From contig JBEBGD010000057.1 in NCBI GenBank assembly GCA_040081625.1, forward strand, positions 1 through 35,422: a stretch of 35,422 nt of DNA, read 5' to 3'. The notes under the pieces were generated by a model. The model saw nothing but the letters and a program-made list of their open reading frames with translations, ran no database searches and had not been told where the DNA came from. This document shows, in pieces, positions 1-8,142 of this stretch. Position numbers and translations under genes: made by a program. The number at the start of each line of letters is the position of its first letter. Position 1 is the first letter of the stretch. This stretch comes from Chthoniobacteraceae bacterium (GTDB taxonomy: Bacteria > Verrucomicrobiota > Verrucomicrobiia > Chthoniobacterales > Chthoniobacteraceae).

Positions 1-602
1 CTTCTCGCCGGGGTGGGCGCGTCGCCCTCGGCGACTGGCGGCGGCGTCTGGCGCGCGGCGGCGAGGACTGTGTCGAGCGCCGGCTCTTTCGCGAATCCCG
101 GATGCATGATGACGGTGCCGCGAGTGGAGGAGACGACGATTTTGCCCAGCTCCGCGCCAGCCATGTCGAGGCAGGTGACGGTCCAGAGCGGTGCGGCTTC
201 GGGGCCGCTCTTGCGCAGTTCGAAATGGAGCGCGGAGACGGTGACGCCGTTGGCTGCGCCGAATTGCAACGCGACCCGGCCGACGTGCTCGGAGTCGATC
301 TTCAGCGCGTCGGGGCTGATGATGTCGCCCGCGGTGAGCGACTCGGCGAATTGCGAGAGCGTGCGATCGGCCGTCATGCGACCGGCGGTGACGACGAATT
401 CGCGCACGCCCGCCTCGGTCGCGGGATCGTGGACGAGAATGTGCCAGCGCTCGGGCTCGGGGGTGCCATCGCGACCGGCGATGACGGCGACGCGCTGCCT
501 CAGTTCGGGCGGGAGGAGTTGGAGCGCGCTGAACGCCGGGCCCGCGAGCGAGCTTGCGCTGCCGAGGGCGAACAAGCCGAGGCTGGTCAGGGTGAGTCGC
601 AT
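1..602 (-). CDS. Secreted hypothetical protein, 3'-truncated by the window edge (absent from the ORF track)
   Basis: Manual translation from ATG at 602: MRLTLTSLGLFALGSASSLAGPAFSALQLLPPELRQRVAVIAGRDGTPEPERWHILVHDP...APLWTVTCLDMAGAELGKIVVSSTRGTVIMHPGFAKEP... It is open to base 1, has a signal-peptide-like N-terminus and GC3-rich codons, and has a TAGCGT -10-like hexamer 11 nt upstream. Confidence 0.8.
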   Translation of the reverse strand, partial: MRLTLTSLGLFALGSASSLAGPAFSALQLLPPELRQRVAVIAGRDGTPEPERWHILVHDPATEAGVREFVVTAGRMTADRTLSQFAESLTAGDIISPDALKIDSEHVGRVALQFGAANGVTVSALHFELRKSGPEAAPLWTVTCLDMAGAELGKIVVSSTRGTVIMHPGFAKEPALDTVLAAARQTPPPVAEGDAPTPAR

Positions 603-700
603 TTGGAGCGCGCACGCTAGCGGGGGCCGCGTGCGTTTTCCAACCGCAATCTGTGGCATGTGGCGGCCCGCTCTGGGATAAGCTCCGCGTCGATTCCTCC

Positions 701-1360
701 ATGCGCCTGCTCATTACTTCGCTCGTTCTCGCGCTTTTGCTTTGCATCCCGTTTTTCATTTGGGGCGATGAATTCCTGCGCTGGTTCACGGGCGATGCGG
801 CGATCGAGTGGATCCGCGGCTGCGGCGCGTGGGGCTGGCTCGGCGCGATCGGGCTGATCGTTTCGGACCTGGTGCTCCCGATTCCCGCGACGGCGGTGAT
901 GTCGGCCACCGGCTATCTTTATGGTGCGTTCGTCGGCGGGCTGATCAGCGCCGGCGGCTCGTTCGCGGCCGGGATGCTCGGCTACGGGCTGTGCCGGGTG
1001 TTCGGGCGCGGCATCGCGGCGCGGCTCGCGGGTGAAAAGGAGATGGAGGATCACCACACGCTTTTCCAGCGGAGCGGCCCGTGGCTGGTGGCGGCGTCGC
1101 GCTGGCTGCCGGTGCTGCCGGAAGTCATCGCGTGCCTCGCGGGGCTGACTCGGATGCCGCTCAGGTTCTTCGCGGCGGCGCTGGCGTGCGGCTCGGTGCC
1201 GATGGGCTTCGTCTATGCGGCCATCGGCGCGGCGGGGCAGGATCGTCCGCGGCTCGCGATCGGGCTGAGCGTGCTCGTGCCGCTGCTCCTATGGGCGGTC
1301 GTGCGCTCGCTGCTGCAGCGGCGGGTTCAGCCTTGCGCGGAGCGCCGGATTTCGGGATGA
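701..1360 (+). CDS. VTT/DedA (TVP38/TMEM64, SNARE-associated) family membrane protein
   Basis: Hydrophobic protein with 'DLVLPIPATAVMSATGYLYG', 'SRWLPVLPEVIACLAGLTRMPLRFF'. The ATG at 701 is preferred over the track's 653 start. Confidence 0.85.
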   Translation: MRLLITSLVLALLLCIPFFIWGDEFLRWFTGDAAIEWIRGCGAWGWLGAIGLIVSDLVLPIPATAVMSATGYLYGAFVGGLISAGGSFAAGMLGYGLCRVFGRGIAARLAGEKEMEDHHTLFQRSGPWLVAASRWLPVLPEVIACLAGLTRMPLRFFAAALACGSVPMGFVYAAIGAAGQDRPRLAIGLSVLVPLLLWAVVRSLLQRRVQPCAERRISG

Positions 1361-1368
1361 GCGGACCG

Positions 1369-1899
1369 ATGAATGCCCCGCTCCTCGAACGCCTCCGCGC
1401 TGCCGTGCGCGACGTGCCCGATTTTCCGAAGCCCGGGATCGTCTTCAAGGACATCACCCCGGTGCTCGGGGACGCGGCGCTGCTGCGCGAAGTCGTCGAG
1501 GCGCTCGCCGAGGCGACGCGTCCGCTCGCGGTGACGAAGATCGTGGGGATCGAAAGCCGCGGGTTCATTTTCGGCGCGGCGGTGGCGGTGGCGCTCGGGG
1601 TCGGTTTCGTGCCGGTGCGGAAAAAGGGAAAGCTGCCGTGGACGTGCGAGGCGGTGTCTTACGCGCTCGAATACGGCGAGGCGACCGTCGAGATCCACCG
1701 GGACGCGATCCGGCCCGGCGAGCGCGTGGTGGTGATCGACGATTTGCTGGCGACGGGCGGCACGGCGGCGGCGGCGATCGAGCTGGTGCGGCGGCTGGGC
1801 GGGGAGATCGCCGAGGTGCAGTGCGTGATCGAGCTCGGGTTTCTAAACGGGCGGCAGTTGCTGCCGGGCGTGGAAGTGCGGGCATTGATCAGTTATTAG
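1369..1899 (+). CDS. apt: Adenine phosphoribosyltransferase
   Basis: 'VPDFPKPGIVFKDITPVL', 'GIESRGF', 'YALEYG', PRPP motif 'VVVIDDLLATGGT'. Alternative start ATG 1357 overlaps the upstream stop. Confidence 0.95.
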   Translation: MNAPLLERLRAAVRDVPDFPKPGIVFKDITPVLGDAALLREVVEALAEATRPLAVTKIVGIESRGFIFGAAVAVALGVGFVPVRKKGKLPWTCEAVSYALEYGEATVEIHRDAIRPGERVVVIDDLLATGGTAAAAIELVRRLGGEIAEVQCVIELGFLNGRQLLPGVEVRALISY

Positions 1900-1965
1900 G
1901 CCCGCGGAAAATCAGGTGATGCTGCGACGGAGAAGGGCACGCGGTTAGCTTTTCCGGGACTTCAG

Positions 1966-4900
1966 ATGTCTCCCACACTAGCGCCAACCCCTGTCACCCG
2001 CCCGAGTCTGCGGGCGTGGCTGGTATCCGACGGTGGGTTTCACGCGAAACTGCTGCTCTCGACGCTCGCGGGGGTGTTGATGATCGGGACGCTCGCCGGC
2101 GTATTTTTGCTCTACATGCTGCGCGAGCGCGAACACTCGCAGCTTCGCAACTCGACCTTCGAGGTCTTCCGGAAAATCGACCGCGTCGGGGACGAGTTGC
2201 GGCTGCTCGAGGCGGCGCACCACGAGTATCTGCTCAGCCCGGGTGGCGATCGCTTGAACCGGTTCGAGAAGCGCAAGGCTTCGACCCAGGCGCGGCTCGC
2301 GGAGCTGACGGAGCTGATGGCCGGCAAGCCCGAATTCACCTCCGACATCACGCAGATCGGCGAGAGCCTGCTGGTCTGGGAACTGCGCGTCGCCCGACCG
2401 CTGATCGCACGCCGGCGGGCTGGCGGCATGATCGAGGATCTCCCGCTGGAGCCGCAAGGGCAGGGGATGATCGACGGCATCCACGAGGCGCTCGCGCAGC
2501 TCGCGCGGCGCGAAACCGATGCCTCGGAATCGACGCGGCAGCGCGCGGCCATCGAGCGCCGCTGGCAGGGCGCCGGCTTCGGAGCGCTCTCGCTCGTGGC
2601 GATCGGGTTTGTGATCTCCTCGAGCCGATACGGGTATCGCGCGTATCGGCGGCATTTCGACAAGGTCGAGAATGCCGAGGCGCGGTTGCGGCTCATCGTC
2701 GATCACACGCTCGACGGCCTGCTCATGGCAGACGCGAGCGGCGGGATCCGGCTCGCGAATCCTGCGGCCGAGCGCATCTTCGGTGCACCGGCAGCGGAGA
2801 TTCTGGGCCGGCACATCAGCGAGCTGATGCCGCGCTCCGTTGACGAGCCGCTGGAGAGTCTCGGCCGCGGGGTGATCGAGGCCGAGGCGCGCCGGCTGGA
2901 CCGGCCCGAGAATATCTTCCCCGTCGAGATCTCGCTCAGCGACATGGTCGTCGATGGCCAGCGGCACTATGTGGCGCTCGTGCGCGACATCACCGAGCGC
3001 CGTCGCAACGAGGAGGCGCTGCGGTTGATCGGCCTGGGCGTCAGCTCCGCGACCGGCGAAGAATTCGTGCAGACCCTCGTCGCGCGGCTCTCGCAGGCCT
3101 TGAAGGTCGATTGCGCCTTCATCGTCGAGCTCGAGCGCGAAGGCCACGACACCATCCACATCATGACGAGGGCCGAGAAGGGCGAGACGTGCGGCTGCGG
3201 CCCGTGCGACTTGAGCGGCACCGCCTGCGAAGAGGTGCTGCGCAGCGGATTCCGCGCATACTTGTCGGGCGTGCAGGATCGTTTTCCGTGCGACTGGCTG
3301 GTCGCGTCCTTCGGGGCGGAGAGCTTCGTGTGCATGCCGCTGGTCGATCATCGCGGCGACGTCATCGGCCTGCTCGGCGTGCTCGATCACCGCGAGCTCG
3401 AGCGCGTGGATGTCGTCGAGTCCACCCTCCAGATTTTCGCGGCGCGGGCCGCGGCGGAAGTCGAGCGCAAGCGCTCGGAGCGCTCGCTCGCGAGCGAAAA
3501 GGAGCGGCTGGCCGTGACGCTCAGCTCGATCGGCGACGGCTGCATCACCGTCGATCGGGCGGGCTTCATCGTGCTCTTCAACCCCGTGGCCGAGCGGCTC
3601 ACGGGCTGGCCCGCCGCGACCGCGATCGGCACCGCGCTCGGCGAAATCGTCAACCTCGCGAACGTCACCACCCGCCGCCCATTGCGCCGCGCGCTCGAGG
3701 CACTCGTCACCTCCGGGCAGACGAAGGACCTCGCCGGCGCCACGTTGATCACCGCGCTCGATGCGACCGAACGCGTGGTCGAGATCAACGCGTCGCCGAT
3801 CGCCGATCCGCGCGGGAACACGACCGGCACGGTGCTCGTGCTGCGCGACGCGACCGAGCGGCATCGCTCGATGGAGGAGCGGCAGAAAGCCGAGAAGCTC
3901 GAGTCGCTCGGCGTCGCCGCCGGCGGCATCGCGCACGATTTCAACAACCTGCTGACCGCCATCCTCGGCAATCTCTCGCTCGTGCTCTCCTGCGGAAAGA
4001 TCGAGGAATCCGTCGGCGACCGGCTCACCGCCGCCAAGCGCGCCAGCCTGCGCGCGCAGGAGCTCGCGCAGCAACTGCTGACCTTCGCGAAGGGCGGGGC
4101 GCCGATCAAGCAGACCGCATCCATCGCCCAGCTCGTTCGCGACACCGTCACCTTCCACCTGCGCGGCTCGCGCGTGGCGTGCGAATTTCACATCCCCGAC
4201 GGCCTTTGGCGCTCGGATGTCGATGCGGGCCAGATCTCGCAGGTGCTGCAAAACCTGAGCCTCAACGCCGACCAGGCGATGCCGGCGGGAGGCACGCTGC
4301 GCGTGTCGTGTGCAAACATCGAACTGGGCACCGGCAGCGGCCGGCTCGGGCTGGCCCCGGGCCGGTGGATCAAGATCACCGTGCAGGACGAAGGCATCGG
4401 CATCGCCGAGGAGCACCTCAAAAAAATCTTCGACCCCTACTTCACCACCAAGCCCAAGGGCAGCGGGCTCGGCCTCGCCACGAGCTACTCCATCGTCAAG
4501 GCTCACGGCGGCGCGATCGATGTCGTCAGCCAGCCGGGCGAAGGCACCGTCTTTTACCTCTTCCTGCCCGCGAGCGACAAACCCGCCGCGACCGCCGAGG
4601 AAACGCTCGCGCCCGCGCCCGCCGCGGTGCAGCACGCGCGCGTGCTCGTGCTCGACGACGAGGAAGCCATCTGCGCGCTCGTGCAGTGCGCGCTCGAGCC
4701 CCTCGGCTACGAAGTCGTCGTGGCTCTGGATGCAAACACCGCCATCCAGCTCTACGAGGCCGCCTTCAACTCCGGCGAACGCTTCGACCTCGTCGTCAGC
4801 GACCTCACCATCCCCGGCGGCATGGGCGGCCAGGCGGCCGTGCGCCGCATCCACGAGATCGATCCCACCGCGCGCGCCATCGTCTCCAGCGGCTACGCGA

Positions 4901-5052
4901 TGGATCCCGTCATGAGCAGCTTCCGCGAGCACGGCTTCCTCGCGATGATCGCCAAGCCCTACGAGATCGAAGCGCTCGCGCGAGTGGTCGCCGAGGTGCT
5001 CGCGCAGCCCGAGCCGGAGAAGGTGATCCGGCACGATTTCGCCGCTGCGTAA
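1966..5052 (+). CDS. Hybrid sensor histidine kinase (TM-CHASE3-like-TM, PAS, GAF, PAS, HisKA, HATPase, REC)
   Basis: H-box 'AGGIAHDFNNLLTAILG', N-box 'NLSLNADQAM', G boxes 'DEGIGI..FDPYFTTKPKGSGLGL', PAS motifs 'NPAAERIFG' and 'FNPVAERLTGW', receiver 'VLVLDDE..SDLTIPGGMGG..SSGY..AKPY'. Two N-terminal TM segments flank a helical periplasmic domain. Confidence 0.92.
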   Translation: MSPTLAPTPVTRPSLRAWLVSDGGFHAKLLLSTLAGVLMIGTLAGVFLLYMLREREHSQLRNSTFEVFRKIDRVGDELRLLEAAHHEYLLSPGGDRLNRFEKRKASTQARLAELTELMAGKPEFTSDITQIGESLLVWELRVARPLIARRRAGGMIEDLPLEPQGQGMIDGIHEALAQLARRETDASESTRQRAAIERRWQGAGFGALSLVAIGFVISSSRYGYRAYRRHFDKVENAEARLRLIVDHTLDGLLMADASGGIRLANPAAERIFGAPAAEILGRHISELMPRSVDEPLESLGRGVIEAEARRLDRPENIFPVEISLSDMVVDGQRHYVALVRDITERRRNEEALRLIGLGVSSATGEEFVQTLVARLSQALKVDCAFIVELEREGHDTIHIMTRAEKGETCGCGPCDLSGTACEEVLRSGFRAYLSGVQDRFPCDWLVASFGAESFVCMPLVDHRGDVIGLLGVLDHRELERVDVVESTLQIFAARAAAEVERKRSERSLASEKERLAVTLSSIGDGCITVDRAGFIVLFNPVAERLTGWPAATAIGTALGEIVNLANVTTRRPLRRALEALVTSGQTKDLAGATLITALDATERVVEINASPIADPRGNTTGTVLVLRDATERHRSMEERQKAEKLESLGVAAGGIAHDFNNLLTAILGNLSLVLSCGKIEESVGDRLTAAKRASLRAQELAQQLLTFAKGGAPIKQTASIAQLVRDTVTFHLRGSRVACEFHIPDGLWRSDVDAGQISQVLQNLSLNADQAMPAGGTLRVSCANIELGTGSGRLGLAPGRWIKITVQDEGIGIAEEHLKKIFDPYFTTKPKGSGLGLATSYSIVKAHGGAIDVVSQPGEGTVFYLFLPASDKPAATAEETLAPAPAAVQHARVLVLDDEEAICALVQCALEPLGYEVVVALDANTAIQLYEAAFNSGERFDLVVSDLTIPGGMGGQAAVRRIHEIDPTARAIVSSGYAMDPVMSSFREHGFLAMIAKPYEIEALARVVAEVLAQPEPEKVIRHDFAAA

Positions 5053-5150
5053 GCGACCCCTTGCAACCTCGCGTGCAACCCGCTAAAAGCGGCGCGCAAA
5101 CCCGCCAGCGACCCACCGCGCTGGCACCGTAATCGCTTACTGAATCACTC

Positions 5151-5729
5151 GTGATTCGTCCGCTCCTCGCCGCCACCCTCGCCCTCACCGCACTCAGCCA
5201 CGCCGATATCGGCGCTGACCTCGTCGCCGAGATGAACCTCGCGCGCACGCAGCCGAAGGCCTACGCGAGAATCGTCGCCGACCGCGGCGCGGCCGCCGGC
5301 GCAAGCGCGGGTGCCATCCGGGAAGCCGTGCGCTTCCTCGAAAGGCAGGGCCGCGTGCCCGCGCTCGTGCTCAGTCCCGGCCTTTCGCAAGCCGCGCTTT
5401 CGCATGTGATCGACGCCGGCGGTCGCGGCTTTCGCAGCCACCGCGGCAGCGACGGCAGCAATGTGTCCAACCGCGCGAACCGTTTTGGCCGGTGGGATGG
5501 ACGGATCGGCGAGAACATCTACTTTGGCCGATCCAGCGCGCGCGACGCGATCGTCGCGCTCATCATCGACCAGGGCGTCGGCGACCGCGGGCACCGCTCG
5601 AATATCTTCGAAAAAACCTTCCGCTACGTCGGCGCCGCCGCAGGCCCGCACGTGAGCATGGGGGCGGTTTTCGTGACGGATTTCGCCGCCTCCTATCGCG
5701 AAAGCGGCGAGCGAACGGCGGGATTGTAG
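5151..5729 (+). CDS. Secreted CAP (SCP/PR-1-like) domain protein
   Basis: Signal peptide; 'EMNLARTQP', 'LSQAALSH', 'SHRGSDGS', 'GENI', 'RGHRSNIF..FRYVG'. Confidence 0.88.
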   Translation: MIRPLLAATLALTALSHADIGADLVAEMNLARTQPKAYARIVADRGAAAGASAGAIREAVRFLERQGRVPALVLSPGLSQAALSHVIDAGGRGFRSHRGSDGSNVSNRANRFGRWDGRIGENIYFGRSSARDAIVALIIDQGVGDRGHRSNIFEKTFRYVGAAAGPHVSMGAVFVTDFAASYRESGERTAGL

Positions 5730-5749
5730 GGCGCCGCGCCACTCGGGAC

Positions 5750-5778
5750 TCGACAGCGCGAGGCACGCGCGCCACTCT
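5750..5778 (+). promoter_or_regulatory. Putative sigma70 promoter for pyrH-frr
   Basis: TCGACA (5750-5755), 17 nt, CACTCT (5773-5778), ending 11 nt before the ATG at 5790. Confidence 0.5.
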
Positions 5779-5789
5779 GCGCGCTCCCG

Positions 5790-6548
5790 ATGCTCCTCGC
5801 CGCCCGTCGTTCAGCCAAAAAGCCCGCGCCGCTCAAGCCGCGCTACCGTCGCGTTGTGCTCAAGCTCAGCGGCGAGGCGCTCAAGGCCAAGGGTTCGCAC
5901 GACAACATCTCGCCGGAGATCGTCGCCGCGCTGTGCGAGCAGATCCGCGAAGTCCACGCGCTCGGCGTGGAACTCGCGATCGTCATCGGCGGCGGCAACA
6001 TCTGGCGCGGCCTGAGCGCGAGCCACCGCGGCATGGAGCGCACCACGGCTGATTACATGGGGATGCTCGCGACGGTCATCAACGGGCTCGCGCTGCAAAG
6101 CCAGCTCGACGCCATCGGCCTGAAGGCGCGCGTCCACACCGCCATCCGCATGGACGCCGTCGCCGAGCCCTTCATCCGCAACCGCGCCGTGCATCAGCTC
6201 AAGGAAGGCAACGTCGTCATCTTCGTAGCCGGCACGGGCAACCCGTTCTTTTCCACCGACACGACCGCTGCGCTCCGCGCGAACGAGATCGGCGCGGAGG
6301 TGATCCTCAAGGCGACCAAGGTCGATGGCATCTACACCGCCGACCCGATGAAGGACCCGAAGGCGAAACGCTACGACACCGTCACCTACACCGAGTGCCT
6401 CACCAAGCGGCTCAACGTGATGGACAGCACCGCCTTCAGCCTCTGCATGGACAACAAGATGCCGATCATCGTCTTCGACATGATGGCTCCGCACAACATC
6501 CGGCGCGTCGTCTGCGGCGACCCGGTCGGCACCGTCGTCACCGCTTAA
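5790..6548 (+). CDS. pyrH: UMP kinase
   Basis: 'RVVLKLSGEAL', 'IGGGNIWRG', 'ADYMGMLATVIN', 'GTGNPFFSTDTTAALRA', 'KATKVDGIY', 'VMDSTA'. Confidence 0.97.
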   Translation: MLLAARRSAKKPAPLKPRYRRVVLKLSGEALKAKGSHDNISPEIVAALCEQIREVHALGVELAIVIGGGNIWRGLSASHRGMERTTADYMGMLATVINGLALQSQLDAIGLKARVHTAIRMDAVAEPFIRNRAVHQLKEGNVVIFVAGTGNPFFSTDTTAALRANEIGAEVILKATKVDGIYTADPMKDPKAKRYDTVTYTECLTKRLNVMDSTAFSLCMDNKMPIIVFDMMAPHNIRRVVCGDPVGTVVTA

Positions 6549-6560
6549 CTTTTTACCGCC

Positions 6561-7121
6561 ATGGACCCTGACGAGATTATGATGAACACGGAGGAGGCGA
6601 TGGAAAAAGCCGCCCACCACCTCCAGCACGAAATGTCCACCATCCGCACCGGCAAGGCTTCGCCGGCACTGGTCGAAAACATCGACGTCGAGGCTTACGG
6701 CGCTTCGATGAAGCTCAAGCAACTCGCGCTCATCACCACGCCCGAGGCGCGGCTGGTCGTGATCCAGCCTTTCGACGTGAGCACCGTGCAGGCGATCGAG
6801 AAGGCGATCCGCGAATCGAACATCGGCATCAACCCGAACGTGGATGGAAAAATCATCCGGCTGCCGATCCCCGCGCTCAACGAGGAGCGCCGGCGCGATC
6901 TGGTCAAAAACATCAAACACATGGCCGAGGAAGGCCGCGTGCGCGTGCGAAGCGCGCGGCGCGACGGCATCGAGTCGCTCAAGAAGGCGCAGAAGGCCGG
7001 CACGATCACCGAGGACGATCTTGAGCGTTACGAGAAGGACGTGCAGAAACTCACCGACGCCGCCGTCAAAAGCATCGACGACTCGGTGAACGCGAAAGAA
7101 GCCGAAGTGATGAAAGTCTAA
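6561..7121 (+). CDS. frr: Ribosome recycling factor
   Basis: 'IRTGKASPAL', 'DGKIIRLPIPALNEERRRDLVK', 'RSARRD'; directly follows pyrH. Confidence 0.97.
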   Translation: MDPDEIMMNTEEAMEKAAHHLQHEMSTIRTGKASPALVENIDVEAYGASMKLKQLALITTPEARLVVIQPFDVSTVQAIEKAIRESNIGINPNVDGKIIRLPIPALNEERRRDLVKNIKHMAEEGRVRVRSARRDGIESLKKAQKAGTITEDDLERYEKDVQKLTDAAVKSIDDSVNAKEAEVMKV

Positions 7122-7127
7122 ACAACC

Positions 7128-7601
7128 ATGCGCCCAATCCTCTTCCTTATCCTTATGGCCTTCGCCGCCGCCGCGCCCGCAAACGTGGTGCGAAAGGCGC
7201 CCGACTTCTCCTGGCCCGGCGCCGGCAGCAAGAGCCGCTCGCTCCGCAGCCTCAGCGGCCAGCCCGTCGTGCTCGTCATCGCCGCGAGCCCGCGCAGCGG
7301 CGCCTTCCGCAAGCAGACCGACTGGCTCGAGAAGACCTACTCGCAGCTCGCGGCCAAGGGCACCGTCTTCATCGCTGCATTCCGCGAGGGCGAAGGCCCC
7401 GTGAAGAGCAACATCCCCTTCGTCGTCGCCAACAACGGCGGCGCGGTCGCCAGCGCCTACGGCGTCGAGGGCGACTTCGCGCTCGTGATCATCGGCAAGG
7501 ACGGCAACGTCGATTACCAGACCGACAAGGTCCGCACCGGCGAGCGTGTGCGCGACGTGATCATCAACAACTTCGAGCTCCAGGCCGCGACGCGGAAGTA
7601 G
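7128..7601 (+). CDS. Exported thioredoxin/peroxiredoxin-fold protein with no cysteines (redoxin-like, possibly DUF4174-like)
   Basis: Signal peptide, 'KAPDFSW', 'LRSLSGQPVVLVI', 'VASAYGV', 'VIIGKDGNV' follow the AhpC/TSA topology, but the sequence contains no Cys. Confidence 0.6.
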   Translation: MRPILFLILMAFAAAAPANVVRKAPDFSWPGAGSKSRSLRSLSGQPVVLVIAASPRSGAFRKQTDWLEKTYSQLAAKGTVFIAAFREGEGPVKSNIPFVVANNGGAVASAYGVEGDFALVIIGKDGNVDYQTDKVRTGERVRDVIINNFELQAATRK

Positions 7602-7620
7602 CCGGCGCGGAAGGCGACAG

Positions 7621-8082
7621 ATGATCGGTGATCTGAGGAATCCGGTGCGCATCGCCGTCATCTCCGACACGCACAATCGCCTGCCGGCGCACGTCGCCGA
7701 GGCGATCCGTGGTGCGGGCGAGATCTGGCATCTCGGCGACGTGACGGACGAAGGAATGGTCGCCACCCTCGCCGGCCTCGCACCGTGTGTGCGCGCGGTG
7801 CGGGGGAATTGCGACGCGTGCCTCGACTGGCCGGTGATCGAGACATTTGAGATGAACGGCCTGCGCATTCACCTCGAGCACATCCCCCCGCGCGTGCCGC
7901 CGCCCGGCATCGACCTGCTGCTGCACGGCCACACCCACGTGCCGCGCGATGAAGTCATCGCCGGCACGCGCTTTCTCAACCCCGGCACCGTCGGCAATCC
8001 CAACAAAGGCGCACCCGCGAGCTACGCGTGGCTCACCTTCGGCGCGGACCGGCGCCTGGTGTGGGAGATCGTGCGCGTCTGA
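7621..8082 (+). CDS. YfcE-like metallophosphoesterase (calcineurin-like)
   Basis: Motifs 'ISDTH', 'HLGD', 'VRGNCD', 'HGHTH', 'NPG'. The start could be GTG 7645. Confidence 0.88.
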   Translation: MIGDLRNPVRIAVISDTHNRLPAHVAEAIRGAGEIWHLGDVTDEGMVATLAGLAPCVRAVRGNCDACLDWPVIETFEMNGLRIHLEHIPPRVPPPGIDLLLHGHTHVPRDEVIAGTRFLNPGTVGNPNKGAPASYAWLTFGADRRLVWEIVRV

Positions 8083-8142
8083 GGCAGGGCGCGGCATTCC
8101 CGCTTTGCAGTGCGCAGCCGAGTCTGCTCTTGTTTGCCGACG

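Noticed and set aside
13..681. Plus-strand ORFs 13-681 and 102-620
   Set aside because: Shadows of the real minus-strand gene starting at 602.
1978..5034. 1018-aa minus-strand ORF opposite the histidine kinase
   Set aside because: Codon-register antisense shadow typical of high-GC genes; no recognisable motifs, while the plus strand has all kinase motifs.
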